Source of the DNA: Chitinophagaceae bacterium
GTDB lineage: Bacteria; Bacteroidota; Bacteroidia; Chitinophagales; Chitinophagaceae
DNA: 64,000 nt
Assembly: GCA_044348985.1 (NCBI GenBank)
Contig: JBIKRV010000016.1
Location: 5,725-69,724 of the forward strand
Reading direction: 5' to 3'
The translations under genes were made by a program, and so were the position numbers. A model generated the notes under the pieces. The model searched no databases. It was not told where the DNA came from and saw only the letters and a list, made by a program, of their open reading frames with translations. Numbering within the stretch: the stretch's first letter is position 1; the number at the start of each line of letters is the position of its first letter. This document shows, piece by piece, positions 38,516 to 47,873 of the stretch.

Positions 38516-38815
38516 TTATTTTATATCGTTTAGCATTTTATTTAACTGATTTTCAAAAGCCTGTAATTTTTTTGAGGTTTCACTCAACTGAATCATAGCT
38601 TCTCCGGTTTTATTTTGCTCTGTTGCAAACCACAATAAAGCCATACTTACATAATCCTGCATGTCTTTTCCTGCAAAGTTTTCTTTGTATTCCATGATTT
38701 TATCGTTAATCAATTTTACTGTTTTTCGTATCAGCTCTTCTTCATGTACTTCAATTTTAAGGCGATAAGTTCTATCGGCAATTAAAATATTTGCGGGAAT
38801 TAACTCTTCGAACAT
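38516..38815 (-). CDS. zapA: cell division protein ZapA
   Basis: IADRTYRLKI...VKLINDKIMEYKENFAGKDMQDYVSMALL is the ZapA signature. Start MFEEL at 38815. Confidence 0.85.
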   Translation of the reverse strand: MFEELIPANILIADRTYRLKIEVHEEELIRKTVKLINDKIMEYKENFAGKDMQDYVSMALLWFATEQNKTGEAMIQLSETSKKLQAFENQLNKMLNDIK

Positions 38816-38841
38816 AAACTGTATAAACTTTTTTGAAAAAA

Positions 38842-39138
38842 TTATACCGATGCATTTAAAAGCAATAAACATTTATCAATTTCTTGTAGGTACTTATCTA
38901 TTTTTTTCTGTAAAGCCATTTTATCTGCACTAGTGTTTTGTTGCTGTACTAAACCTGAAATGACCATTTTTTGGTGCAAACTTTGGTTTAGCTCATAATT
39001 ATTTGCTGCATAATTTTTATTAAGCTCCAATTGTTTTTTTAATTGCTCATTCTCTTTTTGCAGCAACTGATATTGCTTCAGCAATTGCTGAAGCTTAGCT
39101 TGTAGATTTTTTAACTGTACATCAATCTCAGGATACAT
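38842..39138 (-). CDS. coiled-coil protein upstream of zapA
   Basis: 98 aa with heptad-rich sequence (LQAKLQQLLKQYQLLQKENEQLKKQLE). Confidence 0.55.
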   Translation of the reverse strand: MYPEIDVQLKNLQAKLQQLLKQYQLLQKENEQLKKQLELNKNYAANNYELNQSLHQKMVISGLVQQQNTSADKMALQKKIDKYLQEIDKCLLLLNASV

Positions 39139-39176
39139 AAATCAGTTACAGGTTTGAATAACTTATTATGAAGCTA

Positions 39177-41600
39177 TTACTTTCTTATTACGGCAGCTAA
39201 TTCTTTTTTAAATTGCTGTATCAGCTTGTCCATCATACCATCAATTTCTTTATCAGTAAGAGTTTTTTCTTCATCTAAGAAAGTAAAATTTACTGCCATC
39301 GATTTTTTATCAACGCCCAGTTTATCACTTTCAAAAACATCAAATAAACGAACCTGCTGCAGTTTGTTCAGCTTTAATTTTTTGATATTTTGTTCAATTG
39401 AATCGAAGCTGGTATTGCTACTTACAACCATTGCCAAATCTCTTTGTACCGCAGGAAATTTGCCTACTTCTTTATAAATTATTTTATTACTGGTAACCAT
39501 TTGCACTAAGGTTACATAATTGATATCTATGTAAAAAACAAGTTGTTTAATATCGAAGCTATTCAGTTGATTTTTTGAAACCTCTTTAATTACTCCTACT
39601 TTCTCTTTACCAACAAAGATGTTTAAGCACAATTCATTGCCCTCGGCTTTTTCGAATTGAATATTGCCAAAACCAGCCAATGCTACAATTGCTTGTACAA
39701 TACCTTTCGCACTATAAAAATCCTGCTGCTTACTCTTTTCATTCCAAACATCTTCATGATTAGAACCTGTAATATATAAAGCCAAATGTTCTTTTTCTGA
39801 ATAATGACCAACTGCAATTGTATGATAACTTTTGCCAAATTCAAACAATTGTAAATTGTTGTTTCGTCTGTTAATGTTGTAGGATAATGATTCCAGTCCA
39901 GTTTCCAACATGCCTGGTCTCAGCACATCTAAATCAGCACTTAAATTATTCATCATTTTTACTGTAGAAGCCAATGTTTCCTCAGTAAAATATTTACTAT
40001 TGGTAATAGAATTGGTAAAAATTTCATTGAAACCACGGCCAACTAAATAGTTAGAGATTTTTTCTTTTAAATTCTCTTTTACACTCATTTCATCTACCGA
40101 TGGAGAAATGGTAATTGTTGCAGGAATGTCAATATTATCCAATCCATCTATTCGTACAATTTCTTCAACAATATCTGCAGGTAAACTAATATCTGGTTTA
40201 CTGTAAGGCACAGCTACACGAACTTCATCCATTCCTTCTTTTACAATCTCAAAACCTAAGCTGGTTAAAATTCTTGTAATGGCATCTTGATGGTAATTTT
40301 TACCACTTAATTTTTTTAAATAGTGGTACTTGATAGAAACCTGAGCCCTTTCTTTTGGTGTAGGATAAACATCAATTACTTCACTCGAAATTGTGCCTCC
40401 TGCAACTTCTTTAATTAATAAAGCTGCACGTTTCAACACATTTACAGTATTCGAAATATCAACACCTTTTTCAAATCTTGTAGCAGCATCAGTTCTTAAT
40501 CCATGATGAACAGATGATTTACGGATGCTTACAGAATTGAAACAGGCACTTTCTAAAAATATACTTGTTGTAGTTGCTTTTACTCCACTGGTTAGCCCAC
40601 CAAACACACCACCAATACACATTGGATTATTATTTCCATCGCAAATCATTAAATCCTGTGCAGTTAGTTTTCTTTCTTTTTCATCTAAAGAAACAAATGC
40701 AGTTCCCTCGGCTAAATTTTTAACCTTAACATGGTTGCCCTTAATTTCATTTGCATCAAACGCATGCAATGGCTGGCCAGTTTCATGTAAAATATAATTG
40801 GTAATATCTACAATATTATTAATACTTCTAACACCTATAGCTAGTAGTTTGTTTTTCAACCAATCTGGGCTTTCTTTTACGGTTACTCCTGTAATACTAA
40901 CGCCACTGTAACGTGGGCAAGCAGCTGTATTTTCAACAGTTACCTGAATAGGTAAATTAGTGTTATCAGCTTTTAAATTATTGGTGAAAATATTTTTAGC
41001 CTTCGTCTCTTTTTTATTATGGTGTGTTAAATAAGCACACACATCTTTTGCAACACCATAATGGCTCATGGCATCCATTCTATTGGGTGTTAAACCAATT
41101 TCAATAATGGTATCGTGGTATGGTTTAAAATAATCTGTAGCTGGTGATCCCACAGTTACGTCATGTGGCAAAACCATAATTCCATCGTGGCTTGTTCCAA
41201 TACCAATTTCATCTTCGGCACAAATCATTCCATAGCTTTCAACATTTCTTATTTTAGCTACTTTCATGGTTAAGGGTTCTCCACTAACAGGATAAATAGT
41301 TGTACCAACAGTTGCAACAACCACTTTTTGTCCAGCAGTAACATTTGCTGCACCACAAACCACTTGCAATGGCTCGTTAGCACCAACATTTACTTTTGTA
41401 ATTTTTAATTTATCGGCATTGGGGTGTGGTTCGCAGCTTAATACTTCTCCAATTACCAATCCTTTTAAACCACCTTTTATGTTTTCATAACTTTCCATAC
41501 TTTCTACCTCTAACCCAATAGAAGTAAGAATTTTAGATAACTTCTCTGGTTCAATAACTTCTGGTAAATACTCACTTAACCAATTGTAACTAATCGTCAT
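39177..41600 (-). CDS. pheT: phenylalanine--tRNA ligase beta subunit
   Basis: MTISYNWLSEYLP N-terminus, tRNA-binding domain (CEPHPNADKLKITKV), B3/4 and B5 domains. Start at 41600; the track ORF is extended. Confidence 0.95.
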   Translation of the reverse strand: MTISYNWLSEYLPEVIEPEKLSKILTSIGLEVESMESYENIKGGLKGLVIGEVLSCEPHPNADKLKITKVNVGANEPLQVVCGAANVTAGQKVVVATVGTTIYPVSGEPLTMKVAKIRNVESYGMICAEDEIGIGTSHDGIMVLPHDVTVGSPATDYFKPYHDTIIEIGLTPNRMDAMSHYGVAKDVCAYLTHHNKKETKAKNIFTNNLKADNTNLPIQVTVENTAACPRYSGVSITGVTVKESPDWLKNKLLAIGVRSINNIVDITNYILHETGQPLHAFDANEIKGNHVKVKNLAEGTAFVSLDEKERKLTAQDLMICDGNNNPMCIGGVFGGLTSGVKATTTSIFLESACFNSVSIRKSSVHHGLRTDAATRFEKGVDISNTVNVLKRAALLIKEVAGGTISSEVIDVYPTPKERAQVSIKYHYLKKLSGKNYHQDAITRILTSLGFEIVKEGMDEVRVAVPYSKPDISLPADIVEEIVRIDGLDNIDIPATITISPSVDEMSVKENLKEKISNYLVGRGFNEIFTNSITNSKYFTEETLASTVKMMNNLSADLDVLRPGMLETGLESLSYNINRRNNNLQLFEFGKSYHTIAVGHYSEKEHLALYITGSNHEDVWNEKSKQQDFYSAKGIVQAIVALAGFGNIQFEKAEGNELCLNIFVGKEKVGVIKEVSKNQLNSFDIKQLVFYIDINYVTLVQMVTSNKIIYKEVGKFPAVQRDLAMVVSSNTSFDSIEQNIKKLKLNKLQQVRLFDVFESDKLGVDKKSMAVNFTFLDEEKTLTDKEIDGMMDKLIQQFKKELAAVIRK

Positions 41601-41912
41601 AATTATATATATACTTAATAGGCAGCGAAGATAATGTTTTAAGCGTTGGAGTAGTAACTGCTGATTGTTGCACAAGTACTTTTTAAAAATGGAAATATTT
41701 AAACTGTTTAAGCAACCATAGAAGGTTTATAAATAAAGTATTGTACCTACTTTTTTAATAAGCTACTTTACCTATTTTCTCTCTACTTTTCTACCATTTT
41801 ATCCATTTCTATAAAAAAATAGCAGCTTTTATCGCTCTTTTAGTTACAACTATTTATCAATTTTTCGACGTTTTTAGTTAAAATTTCTTTCTGCACATAA
41901 TTTGTGAACAAA

Positions 41913-42007
41913 TGCAACAGATTGACTAATAACTTTTGTAGATTGTGGAAAAGCAGTGGTTTCTATGTGAATCAAGGCTGTTCAACTGTTAGTTTACATG
42001 TGAACAG
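41913..42007 (+). promoter_or_regulatory. cluster of four co-oriented DnaA-box-like 9-mers upstream of dnaB
   Basis: tgtgaacaa (41913), tgtggaaaa (41944), tgtgaatca (41966) and tgtgaacag (41999). Each matches 7-8 of 9 positions of TGTGNATAA. An A/T tract follows at 42018-42042. Confidence 0.3.
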
Positions 42008-42162
42008 CTGTGCAGTAAAAATCATAAAAAAAAATTTTTAAGTCCACTTAAACTACTTCATATTCGCTGTCCTTTCATTGTGATAACAATTTCTTAATAC
42101 TGAAATTATAATTGCAATAAAGTAGCAAGTTTTACTAACCGTTCTAACAGATTTTTGACTAA

Positions 42163-43749
42163 ATGGAAATTGTATCGAATACCACCCGAGATAAAAAAAG
42201 AAGAAAAGCCAGTGTAGATTTAAGCACCATGGTATATGGCAAAGTGCCACCTCAAGCTAGAGAATTGGAGGAAGCTGTTTTGGGTGCTATCATGCTAGAA
42301 AAAGGTGCTTTTGATGCAGCTACAGATGCCAACTTAAAAGCTGAATGCTTTTATGTAGAAGCACACCAAATTATTTTTAAGGCCATGCAGGATATGCAGC
42401 AACGCAGCATTCCTATTGATATTTTGACAGTTGTTGAAGAACTAAAAAGAAAAGAACAGCTAGAAATTGTTGGTGGTCCTTATTATGTTACCAAACTTAC
42501 CAATGCCGTTGTAAGTACTGCCAATATCGATGCTCATGCAAGAATCATTTTGCAAAAATTTATTCAACGTGAGTTAATTCGTATTAGTGGCGAAATTATT
42601 GGTGATGCTTATGAAGACAGCACCGATGTTTTTGATTTGTTAGATGATAGCGAAACAAAAATGTTCAATATCACCAACAATTATCTAAAGAAAAATTTTG
42701 AAGATATTGGTTCAGTTTTAGCAACCACCATCAATAAAATTGATGCACTAAGAACCAAGACCGATGAAATCAGTGGTATTCCAAGTGGTTTCAGCAATTT
42801 AGACAGAATAACTTATGGATGGCAACCTACCGATTTAATTATTCTGGCTGCCCGTCCTGCCGTGGGTAAAACAGCATTTGCACTTAACCTTGCACGTAAT
42901 GCAGCATTGCATCCTACAAAACCTGTAGGTGTTGGATTTTTTAGTTTAGAGATGAGTGCCAGCCAATTGGTAACACGTATTTTAAGTGCCGAAAGTGAAA
43001 TTATGTTGGAGAAAATTTCACGAGGTAAATTAGAAGACCATGAGTATGCACAATTACATGCAAAAGGCATTAAACGTTTAGAAACAGCACCTTTATATAT
43101 CGATGATACAGCTGCTTTAAACATTTTTGAATTCAGGGCAAAAGCTCGTCGATTGGTAAATAAACACAAAGTGGGTATTATCATTATCGACTACTTGCAA
43201 TTAATGAGTGGCTCTAACGATAAAGGTGGCAATCGTGAACAAGAAATCTCCTCTATCTCTCGTAACCTTAAAGCTCTTGCAAAAGAATTAAGTGTGCCCA
43301 TTATTGCTTTATCTCAGTTAAGCCGTGCAGTTGAAACACGTAAAGAAAGTAAAATGCCACAGTTGAGCGATTTACGTGAATCAGGTGCAATTGAACAAGA
43401 TGCCGATATGGTAATGTTCATTTATCGTCCTGAGTATTATGAAGTAACTGCTGGTGCAAATGGAGAAGACACCAGGGGATTAACAGAAATAAAAATTGCT
43501 AAACACCGTAATGGTTCTTTAGATACCATACAATTAAGAGCAAATTTATCGATACAAAAATTCGAAGTTTGGGATGCCAACGATGGTGGTGGTGGTTTTA
43601 CTATGCCAAGCAGTAATTGGAAACCTGTAGGTCCATCGCCAATTGGTGGTGGTGCAGCTCCAGCTGTAGATGGAGGTAAATTTTTTGTACAAGGCAGTAA
43701 AATGAATACTGGCGATTTCGATGAAGGTTTCGACGAACAACCATTTTAA
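42163..43749 (+). CDS. dnaB: replicative DNA helicase
   Basis: PPQARELEEAVLGAIM N-terminus and Walker A ARPAVGKTAFALNLA. 528 aa, no intein-sized insert. Confidence 0.96.
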   Translation: MEIVSNTTRDKKRRKASVDLSTMVYGKVPPQARELEEAVLGAIMLEKGAFDAATDANLKAECFYVEAHQIIFKAMQDMQQRSIPIDILTVVEELKRKEQLEIVGGPYYVTKLTNAVVSTANIDAHARIILQKFIQRELIRISGEIIGDAYEDSTDVFDLLDDSETKMFNITNNYLKKNFEDIGSVLATTINKIDALRTKTDEISGIPSGFSNLDRITYGWQPTDLIILAARPAVGKTAFALNLARNAALHPTKPVGVGFFSLEMSASQLVTRILSAESEIMLEKISRGKLEDHEYAQLHAKGIKRLETAPLYIDDTAALNIFEFRAKARRLVNKHKVGIIIIDYLQLMSGSNDKGGNREQEISSISRNLKALAKELSVPIIALSQLSRAVETRKESKMPQLSDLRESGAIEQDADMVMFIYRPEYYEVTAGANGEDTRGLTEIKIAKHRNGSLDTIQLRANLSIQKFEVWDANDGGGGFTMPSSNWKPVGPSPIGGGAAPAVDGGKFFVQGSKMNTGDFDEGFDEQPF

Positions 43750-43760
43750 TACATTCTAAT

Positions 43761-43795
43761 AATGGTCTGCTTTAAAAGGTAGACCATTGTTTTTT
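43761..43795 (+). terminator. rho-independent terminator of dnaB (REP hairpin-2-like stem)
   Basis: aatggtct gctttaaaaggt agaccatt followed by a T-run. It shares GGTCTGCTTTAAAA with the REP hairpins at 3392 and 4214. Confidence 0.65.
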
Positions 43796-44242
43796 ATGCC
43801 CTTTTCTTTTGGGGCTTTCATCCATGAGTTCATTACTCAACTGTAGTTCTGGCCTGCCCGTTCCGTTCAGGCGGCTTTACGTTGCTGCCTAAATACGTTG
43901 CTTTGGGCATTCACTGCAATCCAGCAGCCAGTCATCTAAAGAATATCTTTCAACAATACTAACATTTGTGAGCATACAATCTCTTGCAAACCCTTGCCAG
44001 CCTTAAAACCCATCAAAATTTGTTAACGCAATTTTTTCAAAAAAAATGTTGCTGGTTTTATAAACAACTGTACTTTTACGCCCATAAATGAATACAAGAA
44101 CACAACATAGTATCCCGTGTTTCGTTCCCAGACCACGACGTGGTTGCTGATAGGACGAGCAGTTGGCAATTGCCCCTATCAGTGAATTTCTCCCAGAACA
44201 TTCAATGCAGTGCCAAAATTTTCATTTTAATTCTTTTACAAG

Positions 44243-44950
44243 TTGGAACATAATAACATTATCATTCGTGTGGCAACACACATTGATACGCATTACGCAA
44301 AACGCATTACAGACGAAATGGAATCGTCTGCTAAAGCTAGAGGTACAGGTATTGCTAAACGCACTCCAGAATATGTAGCAGTTAAAATGTTGGAGGAAAA
44401 AGCAGTTATTGCTGTAACTACAACTGGCCAATGGGTTGGATTTTGTTACATTGAAGCATGGCAACATGGAGAATTTGTAGCAAACAGTGGTTTAATTGTT
44501 GCACCAGAATATAGAAAAAGTGGCGTAGCCAAGTTGATTAAAAAAAGAGTATTTGAACTCAGCCGAGAAAAATATCCCAGCTCAAAAATATTTGGTTTAA
44601 CCACAGGCTTGGCTGTTATGAAAATTAACAGTGAATTAGGTTATGAGCCTGTTACCTACAGTGAGCTTACCAATGATGAAGAATTTTGGGCAGGCTGTAA
44701 AAGCTGTGTGAATTATGATATTTTAATGAGTAAGGAAAGAAAAAACTGTATGTGTACGGCTATGTTGTTTGATCCAGCAGATCATTATGAGCCAAAAGAA
44801 ACCAAAGAATATTTCGAGCAAAATAGTAAGGTTTTCGAACGTTTACAACGTTTAAAAGAAAGCAAACTATTAAGAAGATTTCTAAAAAAAGATGATGGTA
44901 AAGGTGGTGGCGGAACAAAATCTTTGTTGAGATCCTTTTTAAATTTCTAA
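44243..44950 (+). CDS. GNAT family acyltransferase, first gene of Bacteroidetes-type arginine operon (putative N-acyl-glutamate synthase)
   Basis: GNAT core (GLIVAPEYRKSGVAKLIKKRVF) and position ahead of argG-argC. Apparent TTG start. Confidence 0.7.
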   Translation: MEHNNIIIRVATHIDTHYAKRITDEMESSAKARGTGIAKRTPEYVAVKMLEEKAVIAVTTTGQWVGFCYIEAWQHGEFVANSGLIVAPEYRKSGVAKLIKKRVFELSREKYPSSKIFGLTTGLAVMKINSELGYEPVTYSELTNDEEFWAGCKSCVNYDILMSKERKNCMCTAMLFDPADHYEPKETKEYFEQNSKVFERLQRLKESKLLRRFLKKDDGKGGGGTKSLLRSFLNF

Positions 44951-44963
44951 AAATCAATATTGC

Positions 44964-45022
44964 CGGTAAGACAGTAAGAAAAGAAAAATTACAAACTTAA
45001 CTTTACCGACTTTCTTTCTTCC
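44964..45022. repeat. imperfect inverted heptamer-array hairpin between GNAT gene and argG
   Basis: cggtaagacagtaagaaaagaaa pairs imperfectly with ctttaccgactttctttcttcc. Confidence 0.4.
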
Positions 45023-45043
45023 CTGCAAAATAAAAGATTATAT

Positions 45044-46249
45044 ATGAGTAAGAAAATTATACTAGGCTTTTCTGGTGGTTTAGATACCAGCTTTTGTGTA
45101 AAATATTTTACCGAAGAATTTGATTACGAAGTACACAGCATTATTGTAAATACAGGTGGTTTTAGCAACGAAGAACTAAAACAAATTGAAGAACATGCTT
45201 ATAAATTGGGTGTAAAAACACACACCACAATTAATGCAGTAAAAAGTTACTACGATTCAATCATTAAATATTTAGTGTTTGGAAATGTATTAAAAAACAA
45301 TACCTATCCATTAAGTGTAAGTGCTGAAAGATTGGTGCAAGCTTTACATATTGCCGACCATGTAAAAGCCCTTGACGCAGATGCTGTTGCACATGGAAGT
45401 ACTGGTGCTGGTAACGACCAGGTACGTTTTGATATGGTTTTTCATATTGAAATTCCTGGTGTAGAAATTATTACGCCAATACGTGATTTAAAGTTGAGTA
45501 GAGAAGCTGAGATTGAATACTTAACATCCAAAGGTGTTGAAATGAATTTTGCAAAAGCTGCTTACTCTATTAATAAAGGATTATGGGGCACCAGCGTTGG
45601 TGGACGAGAAACTTTAAACAGCAAAGGTTTATTGCCAGAAAGTGCCTGGCCAACACAAGTAACTAAGCATAATGCAGAAGAAGTCGAATTGCATTTTGAA
45701 AATGGTGAACTCATTAGTGTAAACAATAAAACATTTGAACACCCAAGTGAAGCTATTCAATATTTACAAACATTGGCTGGACCATTTGGTATTGGTCGTG
45801 ATGTACATGTTGGTGATACAATTATTGGTATTAAAGGTCGTCTAGGTTTTGAAGCTGCTGCACCAATGGTTATTTTAAAAGCACATCATGCTTTAGAAAA
45901 GCATGTACTTACCAAATGGCAATTACAATGGAAAGATACATTGGCTCAATTTTATGGCAACTGGTTACACGAAGGTCAAATTTTAGATCCTGTAATGAGA
46001 GATATTGAGGCTTACTTAGAAAAAAGTCAGCGTACGGTTACAGGTAAAGTTTTTGTACAATTGTTGCCTTATCGTTTTCAAATTATTGGTATAGAAAGTA
46101 AGCACGATTTAATGAACAGTGCTTTTGGCAAATATGGTGAAATGAATACAGGTTTTACAGGTGAAGATGTTCGTGGATTCAGCAAAATATTTGGCAACCA
46201 AACTTCAATTTATCATAAAGTAAATGCTGCTGCACATGAAGAAGGTTAA
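45044..46249 (+). CDS. argG: argininosuccinate synthase
   Basis: ILGFSGGLDTS ATP-binding motif. 401 aa. Confidence 0.95.
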   Translation: MSKKIILGFSGGLDTSFCVKYFTEEFDYEVHSIIVNTGGFSNEELKQIEEHAYKLGVKTHTTINAVKSYYDSIIKYLVFGNVLKNNTYPLSVSAERLVQALHIADHVKALDADAVAHGSTGAGNDQVRFDMVFHIEIPGVEIITPIRDLKLSREAEIEYLTSKGVEMNFAKAAYSINKGLWGTSVGGRETLNSKGLLPESAWPTQVTKHNAEEVELHFENGELISVNNKTFEHPSEAIQYLQTLAGPFGIGRDVHVGDTIIGIKGRLGFEAAAPMVILKAHHALEKHVLTKWQLQWKDTLAQFYGNWLHEGQILDPVMRDIEAYLEKSQRTVTGKVFVQLLPYRFQIIGIESKHDLMNSAFGKYGEMNTGFTGEDVRGFSKIFGNQTSIYHKVNAAAHEEG

Positions 46250-47237
46250 TGTTGGTATCATTGGAGGTGCAGGCTACACGGGTGGTGAATTAATTAGAAT
46301 ATTGATTAATCATCCAAACGCAAACATTGCTTATGTACAAAGCAAAAGCAATGCAGGTAATTTAATTTCATCGGTTCATGGAGATTTGATTGGAGAAACT
46401 GAATTGACATTTTCAGCTGAACACCATTTTGATATTGATGTTGTTTTTTTATGTGCAGGACATGGTGAAGGAAAGAAATTTGTTGCTGACAACGATATTC
46501 CGTCTGGAGTAAAAATTATTGATATTGGCAACGATTTTCGATTAAAAGCTGATGCCAATTTTAAAGGCAGAAATTTTGTTTACGGCTTACCCGAATTAAA
46601 TAAAGCAGCTATTCAACATGCCAACAGTATTGCCAATCCTGGTTGTTTTGCAACAGCTATTCAATTGGGTTTATTGCCATTGGCAAAAACAGGATTGTTA
46701 ACCGATATTTATACAACAGGTATTACAGGCAGTACAGGTGCTGGACAAAGTTTAAGTGCCACTTCTCATTTTAGTTGGAGAGCCAATAATATTCAGGCTT
46801 ATAAAACATTAACTCATCAGCACTTAGGAGAAATAAAGGAAAGCATAGATGCAATTAGTCTTCGCTTCAATAATCCCCCTTTAGGGAATAGGGGTGACTT
46901 AAGCTTTGTTCCTTGGCGTGGTGATTTTACCAGAGGTATCTTTGTAAGCTCTACACTTGCCTGTGATTTATCTCTTCCAGAGCTAACTGTTTTGTACAAC
47001 GATTTTTATAATGATTCAGCATTTACAACAGTTAGTGAAACAGCTGTACATTTAAAGCAAGTAGTCAATACCAATAAAGCTGTGATTCAATTAGAAAAAG
47101 TAGGTAACAAACTAGTTGTTCATTCTGCAATTGACAATTTATTAAAAGGTGCTTCAGGACAAGCAGTACAGAATATGAATTTAATGTTTGGTCTTGATGA
47201 GAGAGCTGGACTTAATTTAAAAGCAAATTATTTCTGA
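46236..47237 (+). CDS. argC: N-acyl-gamma-glutamyl-phosphate reductase
   Basis: GIIGGAGYTGGELIRIL NAD motif and catalytic NPGCFAT. Contains the in-frame 21-nt element (NPPLGNRGD). Confidence 0.93.
   Translation: MKKVNVGIIGGAGYTGGELIRILINHPNANIAYVQSKSNAGNLISSVHGDLIGETELTFSAEHHFDIDVVFLCAGHGEGKKFVADNDIPSGVKIIDIGNDFRLKADANFKGRNFVYGLPELNKAAIQHANSIANPGCFATAIQLGLLPLAKTGLLTDIYTTGITGSTGAGQSLSATSHFSWRANNIQAYKTLTHQHLGEIKESIDAISLRFNNPPLGNRGDLSFVPWRGDFTRGIFVSSTLACDLSLPELTVLYNDFYNDSAFTTVSETAVHLKQVVNTNKAVIQLEKVGNKLVVHSAIDNLLKGASGQAVQNMNLMFGLDERAGLNLKANYF
46874..46894 (+). repeat. 21-nt GC-rich element, copy A (inside argC)
   Basis: tccccctttagggaatagggg. 20 of 21 positions match copy D. Confidence 0.85.
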
Positions 47238-47308
47238 GGCGAAAGGCAAAAGGTAGAAGGCATATGGTAAAAGACGAAGAGAGGAAGGAGAAGAGGGAAA
47301 AAGCAAGC
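47238..47308 (+). repeat. purine-rich heptanucleotide array (left arm of four-helix-bundle cassette 2)
   Basis: gcgaaag gcaaaag gtagaag gcatatg gtaaaag acgaaga gaggaag gagaaga. It resembles the complement of the right arm at 47789-47870. Confidence 0.65.
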
Positions 47309-47414
47309 ATAAATAGGAGTCGTTTTAAAATAGATGAAAGGCAGAAGGAAAACCCAAATGATTATTTGTTTTCTTTGCCTTAAACCCTAAACCCTCCACC
47401 TCAAACCATTAAAC

Positions 47415-47777
47415 ATGCGTGATTACAAGAAATTAGATGTTTGGAAAAAATCTCACGAAATGTACATGTTCGTTAAAAGAAATATTGCTCCTAAATTTCC
47501 AAAAGAAGAAAGATATGAATTAACATCACAATTATTAAGAGCTGCTTTATCTGTTCCTTTAAACATTGTAGAAGGATGTGGTAGATTTACAGATAAAGAT
47601 TTTGCCAAACTTTTAGATACATCACTAGGTTCTACCAACGAAACTGATTATTGCTGTTTTGCAGCTTTAGAACTGAATTACATTACAAATACTGAATACG
47701 AAACAATTAATAAATTAATCAATGAAGTAAGGGCAATGTTAATTGCGTTTTTAAAACACCTAAGATCTAAAGAATAA
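47415..47777 (+). CDS. four-helix-bundle protein (23S rRNA IVS protein / Avd-like family)
   Basis: 120 aa. YKKLDVWKKSHEMYMFV...FPKEERYELTSQLLRAALSVPLNIVEGCGR is the family signature. Paralogous to 27964..28344. Confidence 0.85.
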   Translation: MRDYKKLDVWKKSHEMYMFVKRNIAPKFPKEERYELTSQLLRAALSVPLNIVEGCGRFTDKDFAKLLDTSLGSTNETDYCCFAALELNYITNTEYETINKLINEVRAMLIAFLKHLRSKE

Positions 47778-47788
47778 CATTACATTTT

Positions 47789-47870
47789 TAACCTTTACAC
47801 CCTCTACCTTAACCCTTTTACCTTACATCTTATACCTTAAACCCTACACCTTAAACCTTTCACCTTTTAT
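47789..47870 (+). repeat. pyrimidine-rich heptanucleotide array (nnACCTT x ~11), right arm of cassette 2
   Basis: aaccttt acaccct ctacctt aaccctt ttacctt acatctt atacctt aaaccct acacctt aaacctt tcacctt. Confidence 0.75.
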
Positions 47871-47873
47871 CTT

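Noticed and set aside
42163-43749. Intein or other insertion in dnaB
   Set aside because: 528 aa is within the normal range. The only unusual segment is a short Gly-rich C-terminal tail, and no Hint or homing-endonuclease motifs are present.
44183-44204. TGAAT...ATTCA palindrome upstream of the arg operon as an ArgR ARG box
   Set aside because: The half-sites are 12 nt apart, whereas the classical ARG box core has about 4. There is only one such pair and no argR gene in the window, so the evidence is insufficient.
47789-47870. Possible CRISPR array (short regular repeats)
   Set aside because: The period is 7 nt with no spacers. These are heptanucleotide tandem arrays, not 25-40-nt repeats with unique spacers. 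No cas genes are in the window.
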